Shown piece by piece: positions 35,848-46,215 of a DNA stretch of 64,000 nt (the stretch's first letter is position 1; every line of letters starts with the position of its first letter). The notes under the pieces were generated by a model, which did not search any database, was not told where the DNA came from, and was given only the letters and a program-made list of their open reading frames with translations. The stretch lies in assembly GCA_017447305.1 (NCBI GenBank), contig JAFSNY010000042.1, positions 8,435 through 72,434 on the forward strand. Reading direction: 5' to 3'. Origin of the DNA: Bacilli bacterium. Its GTDB lineage: Bacteria > Bacillota_I > Bacilli_A > RFN20 > CAG-826. A program made the translations under genes and the position numbers.

Positions 35848-37275
35848 CTAATAATGCACTCTCTTACTCGAGACTCTGAATTGGACAAAGGTGAATAAGA
35901 GAATGATGATGAATAAGAATACCGCAGCCGCAGCAGCCCATGATGTCTGGTTCGAAGATGTATTCGAATAGACGTAGTATACGATGGTCTCCATATCAGG
36001 AATAACGGAGTTTTGACCTAAAGTACCAGGACCATTGAAGATCGCGACAACGGACGTATATTCCTTAAAGGCGGCGATAAATGATGTAATCATGATGTAA
36101 AGAATTTGTGGGGAAAGTAATGGGACGGTAATCTTCGCTAATACTTTCCATTTTGGACAGCTGTCGATTTGGGCAGCTTGATAATATTGTTTATCAATTC
36201 CTTGAAGTCCACTTAAGAGAATTAAAATCTTGAATGGTAAGGAATGCCATACGATGTAAATACAAAGAGGAATCATCGCGATTTCTCTCTTCGCTCCGTA
36301 AACCCAAGCGAGATCACTATGGAAAATGAAGTTGATAACACCAGATTTATTAAAGATAACGGAGAAGACTAAACCGATGGCAACGGCGTTAGTGACATAA
36401 GGAAGGAAGAAGACGGTTTGTAAGAATTTTTGGAACCACTTCAAGGAGTTAAGAGCCACCGAGATGATAAGGGCTAAGAAGATAGCGATTGGGACGGTGA
36501 CGAATGTTAAAAGAATAGTATTTGGGACAGCGTATTTGACAAAGTTTTGTTCCAATGCATCATTAATTTTGGTAACGCCAAAGATGACTCCGAAGTTCTC
36601 TAATGTTAAACCATCAAATTTACCTGTCGCATATTTGTAGTTCTTCGCAAACGAGATAAATATTGTATTAATTAAAGGATATAAGAGGAAGACAGCGATT
36701 AAGACGATGACTGGGAAGAGGTATAACCAGCCTTTCCAGTTATTCTTAGAAGCGGTGTCTTCAATGCCGGTGACACGATATGGCTTTTGATTTTTCTTTC
36801 TTGGAGAAACTAAGCGGACAACGACATTTCTTTCTTTATCGTATCCCGCATCAATTTCTGGGAAAGTCTCTGGTTCAGCGGTCTTTAATGATTCTTTTTC
36901 ATCCACTACTTCTTCAACATTTTCCTTATTGGCTCTCATCTTTAAGGCGATAAGAGCGAGAGGAATGTCAATGATAGTAATGAAGGCAAGAACGACATAT
37001 AAATAGAATCTAAATCCACTTTGATCCTTATTTGACATCTCGGCTTTGAGTTTATTCAAAACAAAGATAACTAAAGCGGCATAAACACCAACTGAGAATC
37101 CAGCAACTAAAAGCGTCTTTCTGAGAGTCATGATATCGTCTCTGACCAAGAAAGTAGAATCGCTTGCTTTTCCAATAATGACGAACGCTAAGATAATGGA
37201 AATCAAAGCGGCGGCAAAAAGGACTGATGCAATAATGAAACAGACTTTATGTATTTGCTTATAAGTCTTATTCAC
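35848..37275 (-). CDS. Carbohydrate ABC transporter permease (MalF-like) with an N-terminal extension
   Basis: Transmembrane helices and an EAA-like loop (YYQAAQIDSCPKW). Confidence 0.8.
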   Translation of the reverse strand: MNKTYKQIHKVCFIIASVLFAAALISIILAFVIIGKASDSTFLVRDDIMTLRKTLLVAGFSVGVYAALVIFVLNKLKAEMSNKDQSGFRFYLYVVLAFITIIDIPLALIALKMRANKENVEEVVDEKESLKTAEPETFPEIDAGYDKERNVVVRLVSPRKKNQKPYRVTGIEDTASKNNWKGWLYLFPVIVLIAVFLLYPLINTIFISFAKNYKYATGKFDGLTLENFGVIFGVTKINDALEQNFVKYAVPNTILLTFVTVPIAIFLALIISVALNSLKWFQKFLQTVFFLPYVTNAVAIGLVFSVIFNKSGVINFIFHSDLAWVYGAKREIAMIPLCIYIVWHSLPFKILILLSGLQGIDKQYYQAAQIDSCPKWKVLAKITVPLLSPQILYIMITSFIAAFKEYTSVVAIFNGPGTLGQNSVIPDMETIVYYVYSNTSSNQTSWAAAAAVFLFIIILLFTFVQFRVSSKRVHY

Positions 37276-37278
37276 AGA

Positions 37279-39204
37279 TTATTTTCCTCCTTCTTGATCG
37301 ATATAGATTCGACGTTCAGTTTCACCATCAAAGACGAACATCTTGCTTGGTTTAACTTTAAGAGCAAGTTTCACATCAGCGGATTGTTCTTCTTGAGCAA
37401 TGATAACTTTGAATGATTCTTTTGTGCACTGTGGATTATGAGCAATAATCGAGATGTCACGGCCTAAGATTTGAATCATTTCACTTTCGGCGTGTAAGAC
37501 ATTCTTATCACTTGCTTTGCCAAGGACGAATCCTTCTGGTCTAATAGCGACATAAACGTCTTTTTGACCAAGTTCATCTTTAGCTTCGTAAACGACATCG
37601 TCACCAATCATGACTTTATGTCCATCTACTCTTCCTTTGAAGACGTTGATTGGAGGGGTTCCTAAGAATTGGGCAACGAAGAGGTTAGCTGGGTTATTGT
37701 AAACTTCTTGTGGAGAATCCATTTGTTGCATTTCACCAAGTTTCATAACAACGATCTTATCAGAGATAGACATCGCTTCTTCTTGGTCGTGGGTAACGAA
37801 GACAGTGGTAATTCCTGTCTCTTTTTGAATTCTTCTAATTTCTTCACGTGTTTGTAAACGTAAACGAGCGTCTAAGTTGGATAATGGTTCATCGAGAAGA
37901 AGCACTCTTGGTTTCTTAACTAAGGCACGAGCGATCGCGACACGTTGTTGTTGACCACCAGAGAGTTGACTTGGTTTTCTTTCGAGATATTCATCAACTT
38001 GGACGAGTTTGGCGGTTTCGTGAACGATATCTCTTCTTTCTTCTTTAGTTAATTTACGGTGAGCGATAGCTTGAACGATATCGGTTTCGACATCGACGAG
38101 TTCTAATAAGGAATTGAGTTCTTCCAAAGAAGCATCGACGGATTGTTTATCGACACGGTTGAGTTTGAAATAGATTTTGGTGTTTGGACGATCGAAGTAA
38201 ATCTTTAAGTCAGAGACTTTGATTTTTCTTCCACTGAAGAAGCCTTTAACAATCTTTGTCGCTTCTTTATTGATGACTTCGTTGACGAAATATTGTGGTT
38301 CATCAAAAGCATAAATCGCTTCTAAAGCATGGACGCATTCTTCTAAGGCAAGGTGTTTAACACCAAAGACGAGGCCCATGAGTTCATATCCATTTTGAGA
38401 ACGTGAAATAACGACTTCTCCTGGACGTCCATAGGTTCTTGCGGCTTGTTTGAAATGATTAATCGTTTCATCAAGCATATTTAATTGGAAAGCTTTGCCA
38501 AGTTTACCTTTGAAGGTCATATTAACAAGTTCACTCTCCATAATCTTATTGACTGTCGCTCTAACGACGGTATCATATAAAGCTTCGCTAGTTTGAACTT
38601 CACTTTCTTCCACTAGTTTCGCTTTGATAATTAATGGGAAGTTTTCTACGAGCATCTTCTTGACGCTTGGAGCGACATTCTTCAAGAGAATATTAATCGT
38701 GAGTTTTTTCTCAACGAGTTCATTTGATAATGTAAATTGTTTCTTATTTAATCCGATTTTTCTAAGTAAGGAAGTCACGGATTTCATAATGCCATCAACG
38801 ATGTCTCTTGGACCCATTTCATATTCATATTTGAGGTTGAAATCAAAGAAGGTGACAAGAGGCACTTCAACTTTTAAGTTGGTTAATGGGAATTCAATGT
38901 TTTTATAAATCGTCATGTGTGGATATAAGGCGTAGTTTTGGAAGACTAAACCAATCCCTCTTTTTTCAGGGGAGAGGTTCGTAACTTCTTGATCGCCAAA
39001 CCACACTTCACCAGATGTTGGTACTTGAAGACCACTAATCATGTAGAGGGTGGTAGATTTTCCACATCCAGAAGGACCTAATAAACCAACAAGTTGACCA
39101 TCAGGAACTACGAAGTTCATGTCCTTAACCGCGATGGTGTCGCGAATGTTTTTCTTAGGATCACCTGGGAAAATTTTAGTTAAATCTTTAATTCTAATTT
39201 CCAT
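37279..39204 (-). CDS. Sugar ABC transporter ATPase (MalK/MsmK-like) with a ~270-aa insertion
   Basis: Walker A (GPSGCGKST), Q-loop, then a long insertion before the signature LSGGQQQRVAIARAL and Walker B LLLDEPLSNLD, followed by a C-terminal regulatory (TOBE-like) domain. Confidence 0.85.
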   Translation of the reverse strand: MEIRIKDLTKIFPGDPKKNIRDTIAVKDMNFVVPDGQLVGLLGPSGCGKSTTLYMISGLQVPTSGEVWFGDQEVTNLSPEKRGIGLVFQNYALYPHMTIYKNIEFPLTNLKVEVPLVTFFDFNLKYEYEMGPRDIVDGIMKSVTSLLRKIGLNKKQFTLSNELVEKKLTINILLKNVAPSVKKMLVENFPLIIKAKLVEESEVQTSEALYDTVVRATVNKIMESELVNMTFKGKLGKAFQLNMLDETINHFKQAARTYGRPGEVVISRSQNGYELMGLVFGVKHLALEECVHALEAIYAFDEPQYFVNEVINKEATKIVKGFFSGRKIKVSDLKIYFDRPNTKIYFKLNRVDKQSVDASLEELNSLLELVDVETDIVQAIAHRKLTKEERRDIVHETAKLVQVDEYLERKPSQLSGGQQQRVAIARALVKKPRVLLLDEPLSNLDARLRLQTREEIRRIQKETGITTVFVTHDQEEAMSISDKIVVMKLGEMQQMDSPQEVYNNPANLFVAQFLGTPPINVFKGRVDGHKVMIGDDVVYEAKDELGQKDVYVAIRPEGFVLGKASDKNVLHAESEMIQILGRDISIIAHNPQCTKESFKVIIAQEEQSADVKLALKVKPSKMFVFDGETERRIYIDQEGGK

Positions 39205-39227
39205 ATGTTTTGCTCCTTGATATGAAA

Positions 39228-41399
39228 TTAATTAGTACCGTCATCTAAGACGTCTTCGTCAAGTTTAAGTTTGATACTTCTTCTTCTTTCGTTACTAGCC
39301 TTAATGGAGACATAGACATAACGAGCAAAGTATCCGAGGATGAGAATAGAAGCAATACCAAGCACGATGATAAAGACATCGGTTGGGTTAAAGACAACAA
39401 TCGAATCAGTGAAGATTGTTGTTCTTAAAACAATGAATGTTGCTTCTAATAAAACGACTAAGGAACCAAGAAGAGCGAGAATAGATTTCTTAATGTAAGA
39501 TTTATTGTTCATTCTTCTAAATTCATCGTTTTTATATTTATTTTTCCAATAGAAATAGAGGATGATGGTAACCGCGGCAAAGATAGCAATATAGCCGAGA
39601 GATTCTAAGATTAATAATAAGTTAATGTCGAAACACATTAATCCGTTTTGGGTAAATGGTTTGACAATAACGTTATTGAATCTCGATGTGGCATTACTTC
39701 TGGCGATTGGTTTACCTTCATCGGAAAGAATATCGATGGTAACATTAAGTGACTTAAAGGCGAATGATTGAAGTTCATTTGTCATGAAGTCTGGTCCAAA
39801 GGCATCATTTCTAATCAAGAAGGAAATAAGGTTTCCGCTTGGTTTAGAAAGGATGGTTTGGCTGACAGGAGAAACGACATTAACCACGACTTCTTTATTC
39901 TTGTAGACAGCATAGAAATCAACGTTCGCTAAGTTGGTGATACGATATCTGATGGAATATTTCTTTGTAGTTAATTCTTCTTCGTATTGTTTATAGAATG
40001 ATGGCTTGAGAGCGCTGTAGATATCGTAGTTAGTAATATCGACAGTCATGCGGATATTGGTGAATCCAGCAAATGTTGAAGCGCCAACATACTTTAAGTC
40101 TACGAAATCGTCAATTCTTGTTGGGTTACCGTAGGCTTTAGAAGCCAAGGTGCAATATTCTTTAGAGAAGTCTGGGATGAGGATGGTTTTAGAAACCTCT
40201 TTTTCTTCGCTTGTTTCTGGATCAGTAACCGTTTCAGTGATGGTTTCTTCCTTGGCGCTATAAATACCAGAAAGCTCGAGGGAATCTGGATCAACCTCTT
40301 CTCCTTCTTCGATTGGGATATTACCAGAAAGGACAGTGGTATAGGCGATAAGGCCTTCACCAACGACGTCATTTTCGGATGATTGATTGTTCTTTTCGAA
40401 AGTATATTCTTTGACTTCGTCAGAGCCTAATAATTTATATTTGGCCTTGAGTGGATGTTGTTCTCCTTCTTCTGGATAGCATCCGATGTAGAAGTTAACA
40501 TCTGGATTACCGAAGTCGACTTGGAACTGTGGTAAGATAGCGTTTTGATAGGCGAGACTCTTGACTTCTTCGTCATATCCAAATTCTTCTTCATAGTTGT
40601 ATCCGTATTCGACTTGAGCGTCATGATACCATCCTTCAGCGAAGTCCACTGGGATTTCATCTTCTGGATATTCAACATAAATTTTGACTGTATCTGGGAT
40701 ACCTTCGAAGGCGTTTTCGGAGATAGTTGTAATTGTTGAAGGAATGTAAATGTTTTTAACTTTGGATTTATTCCATGTCGTAGCAACGGGGTTATTAATA
40801 GATGTTGGTGTCAAACAGAACCAACCATTTTTCCATTTTCCATAGTTAGGATTTTCGATAGTTTCAGTTGTTTCCTCACTAGTTTCTGGATCAACATTGG
40901 TTACAGTAATTGTTTTATTTGTATCGAATTCACCACCACGCCAGAGTTGTTTTGGAATAACAATGTCGGATTTGGTGATGTAGATGCTATAAAGATAAGC
41001 ATCGAACATTCTTGGTTCGAATCCCTCTTCTTCAAGCATCGCATTTTTCTCTTCTTCTGTTTTGCGGTTGAATTCGTTGTAGTATTCTTCGAACTCAGGA
41101 TCTTCAGAAGAAACGAGAACCGTCTTTTTCAAACCGTTATACCAACCAACACCACCAGTTGAGAAGGAGATGTTGAAGGTTTGGGAGGTTTTAGAAATAG
41201 ACGATGAAAGGAGTTTGACCTTTAACGTCGAGCTGTCAAGAGGTGTTGGTTCCTCTCCATCAGCGACGTACCTTTCCATGGTCTTGTTAATGACAGTGTT
41301 CTCGCTGATACTATGTTTCGGGGTGGCAAACGAAAAAGATACCACTCCTACCAATAAAGAAAACGGCAGTATGGCGTGAACGGCTTTTCTAATTGACAT
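39228..41399 (-). CDS. Large surface-exposed membrane protein (signal peptide, BspA-like leucine-rich segment, three C-terminal transmembrane helices), hypothetical
   Basis: N-terminal signal, an extracytoplasmic region of about 560 aa, then hydrophobic helices. There is an ACGGAGG RBS. Confidence 0.45.
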   Translation of the reverse strand: MSIRKAVHAILPFSLLVGVVSFSFATPKHSISENTVINKTMERYVADGEEPTPLDSSTLKVKLLSSSISKTSQTFNISFSTGGVGWYNGLKKTVLVSSEDPEFEEYYNEFNRKTEEEKNAMLEEEGFEPRMFDAYLYSIYITKSDIVIPKQLWRGGEFDTNKTITVTNVDPETSEETTETIENPNYGKWKNGWFCLTPTSINNPVATTWNKSKVKNIYIPSTITTISENAFEGIPDTVKIYVEYPEDEIPVDFAEGWYHDAQVEYGYNYEEEFGYDEEVKSLAYQNAILPQFQVDFGNPDVNFYIGCYPEEGEQHPLKAKYKLLGSDEVKEYTFEKNNQSSENDVVGEGLIAYTTVLSGNIPIEEGEEVDPDSLELSGIYSAKEETITETVTDPETSEEKEVSKTILIPDFSKEYCTLASKAYGNPTRIDDFVDLKYVGASTFAGFTNIRMTVDITNYDIYSALKPSFYKQYEEELTTKKYSIRYRITNLANVDFYAVYKNKEVVVNVVSPVSQTILSKPSGNLISFLIRNDAFGPDFMTNELQSFAFKSLNVTIDILSDEGKPIARSNATSRFNNVIVKPFTQNGLMCFDINLLLILESLGYIAIFAAVTIILYFYWKNKYKNDEFRRMNNKSYIKKSILALLGSLVVLLEATFIVLRTTIFTDSIVVFNPTDVFIIVLGIASILILGYFARYVYVSIKASNERRRSIKLKLDEDVLDDGTN

Positions 41400-41505
41400 G
41401 GGATTGTAAGCCTCCGTTATTTAACATATCTTGAACTTATTATAATAGACATGAGTGTGCGCTTCAAAGTAAATTTTTATAATTTACAAGATGGATAAGA
41501 TGGCT

Positions 41506-42573
41506 CTAATCGAAGTTTCGAGTTTTGAAATTAACCCCTTTTTTCGTCGTGTCAGCCTTGTCCAAATCTATCTCAATTACGCTTTTGTAAATCTTTGTTC
41601 TTGACCCATCAACTTCATTGTTTTTGAGCATGAAATCAGGAAATCCGGTCTTGCTTTTGGAAAACGCCATCATCGTAAAGGAAATTATGTAGGGTATGCC
41701 AAATGTGGCGAGCGATAAAAGAAGTTCAGCAAAATAGAGAATGCTAAATCTGGCAAGATTTCTTAAAAATGATGGGGAGAGGAGATTTTGATCGACAGTG
41801 CCAATCTGGTAAAGTGCTTTCCCAAGTGTTTTCCTTCCTCTAGAAAAAATGAGGGTTGGGACAAAATAAACGAGGATACCACTAACTGCATAACTGACTA
41901 GCACTTCACCGAAGACTAGGACATTAAACATATATTTGGTTAAATCATAATAATGCGGAATGGATGTCACTAAATATCCTTGTAAGTGGTCATCAATGAA
42001 TTTAGCGTACGCCAGTTTATAGTATTGTTGGAAGATAGGGCTTAAGTTTGATGCCCCTTCCACTAGTTCAGGGTTTTCAATGATTTCATCGCTCTCATCC
42101 TTAACAAATAATGGTTTGTTATCATAGGTTAATTTCTCATCGAGCCTAAAATCATCGTAATCCTTTAAGACAATCTGGTAGTCTTCACTTGTCATTTTAG
42201 TCTCGGAATAGGTAAAGAAGGTCTCGATTGCCCTTTTGGCTTTTTTAACCCTCGAACCTGCAGTGTTACTGTTGTCATTATTGATATAAGAAACGATATC
42301 TTTTAATTCATTTTTGTCATTTCGAACGTATAGTCCACTTTCGATTCTTATTGTTTCAAGCTCATTTACTCTGGCTTGATATTCAGGGACATTAGAGGCA
42401 ATTAGTCTTGAAAGAGAGAATAATCCAATGAAAATGATTGCAAAGATGAAGATGTCGATAAAGTTAGCGAAAACACGATGATAAAACTTCGGTCTAAAAT
42501 AGCGTATCTCTCTTTGTTTGGAAGATATCTCTTTATCGGTATATATCTCGTTTCTTACATCTTCTTCAAGCAT
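41506..42573 (-). CDS. RDD-family membrane protein with a large extracytoplasmic insert
   Basis: RDD-like N-terminus (RVFANFIDIFIFAII), about 200 aa of soluble insert, then three transmembrane helices. Confidence 0.5.
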   Translation of the reverse strand: MLEEDVRNEIYTDKEISSKQREIRYFRPKFYHRVFANFIDIFIFAIIFIGLFSLSRLIASNVPEYQARVNELETIRIESGLYVRNDKNELKDIVSYINNDNSNTAGSRVKKAKRAIETFFTYSETKMTSEDYQIVLKDYDDFRLDEKLTYDNKPLFVKDESDEIIENPELVEGASNLSPIFQQYYKLAYAKFIDDHLQGYLVTSIPHYYDLTKYMFNVLVFGEVLVSYAVSGILVYFVPTLIFSRGRKTLGKALYQIGTVDQNLLSPSFLRNLARFSILYFAELLLSLATFGIPYIISFTMMAFSKSKTGFPDFMLKNNEVDGSRTKIYKSVIEIDLDKADTTKKGVNFKTRNFD

Positions 42574-43730
42574 TAGATAACATAACCTCTCGCTTTATAA
42601 ATTTTATCAAGTTCTGCATTATCTATTAGGACTGAATTAGTGAATAAATCAGAGATTGAACGATTGTAATTGTTTACTAACAATGTGATGAAGGACGCTA
42701 AAGCGAAAGCGATAGAAGCAACGGCCACGACAAGAAGAGTTGGCATGGAGAATAGATAATTTATCGTCACATATGATAATGGGACAAAGAAGGTGATATA
42801 CATTCCACTAGCGAAGCCATATATCGCATTAAAGATGACTTCTTTCTTTTGGACAATATATAGTCGATCAACGTTAATTCTTTCCACTCTCATGAGAAGC
42901 ATCGCGACAGTGCGGTGATGTTTATTAAATATTGGGAAGATGATAAAGACAATAACCGAAGATAATAGGTAGCTGATAATCGCTGAGATTGATAAAAGAT
43001 TGCCATGGTAGATATCAATTTGATCAACGATGCCTTTTGCTTCATTATATGACTTCCCCTCAAAGAGGAGATCGTTGGTTTCGATATCTTTCATCATCTC
43101 TCCATACATCTTGGAGAAGAAGTTATTTTTGAGGTTCTCATAGATTTCTTTGCCGTCTTTGCTCGCCTCATCTCGGGGGTCAAAAATAGCTTGGACTTGT
43201 TCTTTGATTTCTGCCTTTAATTCATATGTATCCTCATTGCTTTTGACAAAATAGCCGTTTTTCGCGTTATATTTCTCAAAGAAAGATAGATAGCTCGTTT
43301 TATCATTCCTGATGCCAACAAAGTAGGTATAAAGGACGTTGTTTTTCTCTTTATGACCAAAGTCAGGATAGTTAGCGTCAATACTTTCCACATCATCAAA
43401 AGCGTAATAGGTAAGATAACAATCGCATGTGTATTCTAACGCGGCTTGATAATCGAGTTCTGAGGTTTCTGGTTTTTGGAATAAAACTTCGTTTCCATAT
43501 AAGACTTCCACGACAATTGTCGAGTTAATTGAATATTGTTCATCCTTTTCGTTATATTTGGTCATCACTTTGCCAAGTGGGACAATCGCGAGGTTATATA
43601 AAAGAAAGGTCAACATCGAGTTGATCATTAAATCCGCGAAATATAAGAGAATCCTTTTCCATTTGGAAATAGGGACGATATTTATCTCTTCTACTTCCTC
43701 TTCTTCTTTGATTATCTCATCGCTGTACAT
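42573..43730 (-). CDS. RDD-family membrane protein, paralogue of the downstream gene
   Basis: RILLYFADLMINSML motif with the same topology. Its stop overlaps the start of the downstream paralogue. Confidence 0.5.
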   Translation of the reverse strand: MYSDEIIKEEEEVEEINIVPISKWKRILLYFADLMINSMLTFLLYNLAIVPLGKVMTKYNEKDEQYSINSTIVVEVLYGNEVLFQKPETSELDYQAALEYTCDCYLTYYAFDDVESIDANYPDFGHKEKNNVLYTYFVGIRNDKTSYLSFFEKYNAKNGYFVKSNEDTYELKAEIKEQVQAIFDPRDEASKDGKEIYENLKNNFFSKMYGEMMKDIETNDLLFEGKSYNEAKGIVDQIDIYHGNLLSISAIISYLLSSVIVFIIFPIFNKHHRTVAMLLMRVERINVDRLYIVQKKEVIFNAIYGFASGMYITFFVPLSYVTINYLFSMPTLLVVAVASIAFALASFITLLVNNYNRSISDLFTNSVLIDNAELDKIYKARGYVI

Positions 43731-43774
43731 AGTTATAACTATTTTACCTTGTGATTGATGAATATTAAATAACT

Positions 43775-43805
43775 TTATTTAAAAAAGCGCGACTCGTCAG
43801 TCACG
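43775..43805 (-). terminator. Rho-independent terminator after the GGDEF/EAL gene
   Basis: 8-bp stem with one G·U pair (AGCGTGAC/GTCGCGCT) followed by TTTTTTAAAT on the minus strand. Confidence 0.5.
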
Positions 43806-43810
43806 CTTAA

Positions 43811-46090
43811 TTAGTTATGTTTCTTGGAAACGATGATTTCACCATTATCAATCTTTTCGGTGAGAACTTCATGAGGGAATGGTTTTCCGAAGAGATATCC
43901 TTGGAGTCTTTCACAGTTGACTTTGTTAAGGAATTCCATCTCTTCTTTGGTTTCCACACCTTCGGTGAGTGTTCTCATGCCAAGTTTTTCCGACATCTGG
44001 ATGATGGATTCAATTAAGAGTTTGGTTCTTGGGTTAGTTGAGAAACCAGTTAAAAACTTCATATCAATCTTTAAGACATCAAATTCAAAGTCTTTTAAGA
44101 CATTGAGAGAAGAATAGCCACTACCGAAATCATCAAGCCATAAGGCATATCCTTTTTCTTTTAATTGATGGACAGCGTTAAAGAGATTTGTATCCTTATC
44201 CGTAAGAGCGCTTTCTGTAATCTCAACATGGATTAATTCTTTTGGAATATCATATTTCATCATGATATCATCAAGCACTTTCACTGCGTCCATTAGTTCA
44301 AAATCAAGTCTAGAGAAGTTAATGGAAACAGGAACGATTGTTTTATTATCTCTAGTGTCTAAAGCTTCTCTGATGTTTTGACAAACTCTTTCGATGATGC
44401 AGGCATCAAGTTTATGAATCAACTTGGTATTTTCTAGGGTTGGAACGAAACTTGCAGGAGATAGCATTCCTCGTTTTGGATCATTCCATCTCGCAAGCGC
44501 TTCAAGTCCACATAGTTTTCCATCTTTAGACCAAACGACTGGTTGATAATATGGGACAACCCATCCTTTTTCGATAGCTTGATCGACATTATGAATAATG
44601 TATTGCATTAAGTGATATTCGTTATGCATTTTTCTGTCGTATTCGACATGGACTTTCGTATGGTCATTTTTAATTGTTTGACAGGCATATCTCGCTTTAT
44701 CTGTCGCACGTCTAATATCTTCGGTATTAAGTGGGTGGTATGATCCAACTTTTATTCCAAGCGAAATCTCATTATCCATCGCCATGATTTTGGAGTTAAG
44801 AGTGTTAACACTATTTTCCAGATCTCCATCACTAACAAAAGCTACATAATGGTCGTCGTTTTGACGGCAAACATATTGATCTTGGAAATGGTCACGAATG
44901 ATCGCACCAGCGTTTCTCAAGAAGTTATTTCCAGCAGGGAATCCTCTCTGGTCATTGAATGTTTTGAAATTATCAAGATTAATGAAAAGTACACGCATCC
45001 CTTCACGGTTTTTGATTTCTTGCACATTTCTATAGAAATATGAATAGTTATGAAGTCCAGTCAATTCATCATAGTTCGCGAGGAATTCAAGTTCCTCATC
45101 CTTCATCGCATCTCTTCTTCTTTGGTGATAAAGAGAAATACAAACCATCGTGAAGGAGATGAAGAATGTGATGTAATTGACTAAGTCGCCATCTTTAAAG
45201 AGAATTAAATAATTAGTCCAATCAGCGAGAGAGAATTCCTCCCCTACCGCAAATCCTGTATATGAATCCGCTGCCTTTTTAAAGAAGGTGATGGTTGAAG
45301 GATCAGTTCCAGTAATCGATTGGAAGAGCGAATTAGCGGAAGATAAATTCGCATTGATTAATAAATAATAGAACCCAATAAATAAAACCGCGTTGACTAC
45401 GATTGAGATGTATGGTCTCCAAATAAGGAGACACGCTCCATAGATAATCATCGTTAAGAAGCAGATGATTTCTTTTGGGTTTTTCGATAAATAATCACCA
45501 TATGAGACTTTGACACCAAAGACGATGCACATCCCAGCGAAAAGAATCATTACAACGTTTAATAAGGCTGGTAATTCAAGTTTTTTATAGTGTTTGAAGA
45601 ATGAATAAATAAGGATTGTAAAGGCGGTAAGAAAGGCAAATAAATACATGATGATCAATAAGACATTCGCCATCGCACTTGAGAAAGCATTCCATTTTCC
45701 AAAAGCAAGCTTTGCTTCAAGGAAGATGAAAAAGGAATATCCCATTGTTAAAACGCAGAAGATGCATTTCGAAATAATCTTTGCTTTGTCGCTGATTCTT
45801 TTAGAACCATATGTAAGACAGAAGGTAAAGACTGTTAATCCGACAAGAAGGAATAAGATAAAGTTTGACGTATATGAAAAGACAAACTCAAACTTGTTTC
45901 CAGCATCGCTCCAAAGAGGAACGAGATACTTGGTTGTTTGTCTGATGAGAAGCCATATTTCAAGCACAACGATAACAAGCGCCATAAAAACGCCACTTCT
46001 TACGTTGGACTCTCTTAGATACTTATTGACATAAGCACTATTGCGATTAAAACCTAAAAAGGTTGCAATATTAGCAAGAAAAGTTCTCAT
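43811..46090 (-). CDS. Membrane sensor protein with a degenerate GGDEF domain and an intact EAL domain (predicted c-di-GMP phosphodiesterase)
   Basis: Roughly eight N-terminal transmembrane helices. The GGDEF domain has RQNDD in place of the GG(D/E)EF motif. The EAL domain retains the key motifs (EALARW, DDFGSGYSSL). Confidence 0.8.
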   Translation of the reverse strand: MRTFLANIATFLGFNRNSAYVNKYLRESNVRSGVFMALVIVVLEIWLLIRQTTKYLVPLWSDAGNKFEFVFSYTSNFILFLLVGLTVFTFCLTYGSKRISDKAKIISKCIFCVLTMGYSFFIFLEAKLAFGKWNAFSSAMANVLLIIMYLFAFLTAFTILIYSFFKHYKKLELPALLNVVMILFAGMCIVFGVKVSYGDYLSKNPKEIICFLTMIIYGACLLIWRPYISIVVNAVLFIGFYYLLINANLSSANSLFQSITGTDPSTITFFKKAADSYTGFAVGEEFSLADWTNYLILFKDGDLVNYITFFISFTMVCISLYHQRRRDAMKDEELEFLANYDELTGLHNYSYFYRNVQEIKNREGMRVLFINLDNFKTFNDQRGFPAGNNFLRNAGAIIRDHFQDQYVCRQNDDHYVAFVSDGDLENSVNTLNSKIMAMDNEISLGIKVGSYHPLNTEDIRRATDKARYACQTIKNDHTKVHVEYDRKMHNEYHLMQYIIHNVDQAIEKGWVVPYYQPVVWSKDGKLCGLEALARWNDPKRGMLSPASFVPTLENTKLIHKLDACIIERVCQNIREALDTRDNKTIVPVSINFSRLDFELMDAVKVLDDIMMKYDIPKELIHVEITESALTDKDTNLFNAVHQLKEKGYALWLDDFGSGYSSLNVLKDFEFDVLKIDMKFLTGFSTNPRTKLLIESIIQMSEKLGMRTLTEGVETKEEMEFLNKVNCERLQGYLFGKPFPHEVLTEKIDNGEIIVSKKHN

Positions 46091-46169
46091 ATGTGTAACA
46101 ATTCTCTTCTATTCTATCACTTAACTTTATATTAATAAAAAAATTTTTAATTGCAGGGGCGACCATAGA

Positions 46170-46199
46170 ACAAAAAGAATGGACAAGAAGCCCATTCTT
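46170..46199 (-). terminator. Rho-independent terminator after mscL
   Basis: Stem AAGAATGG/CCATTCTT followed by TTTTTGTTC on the minus strand. Confidence 0.5.
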
Positions 46200-46215
46200 T
46201 TATGTTAATTCTTGA

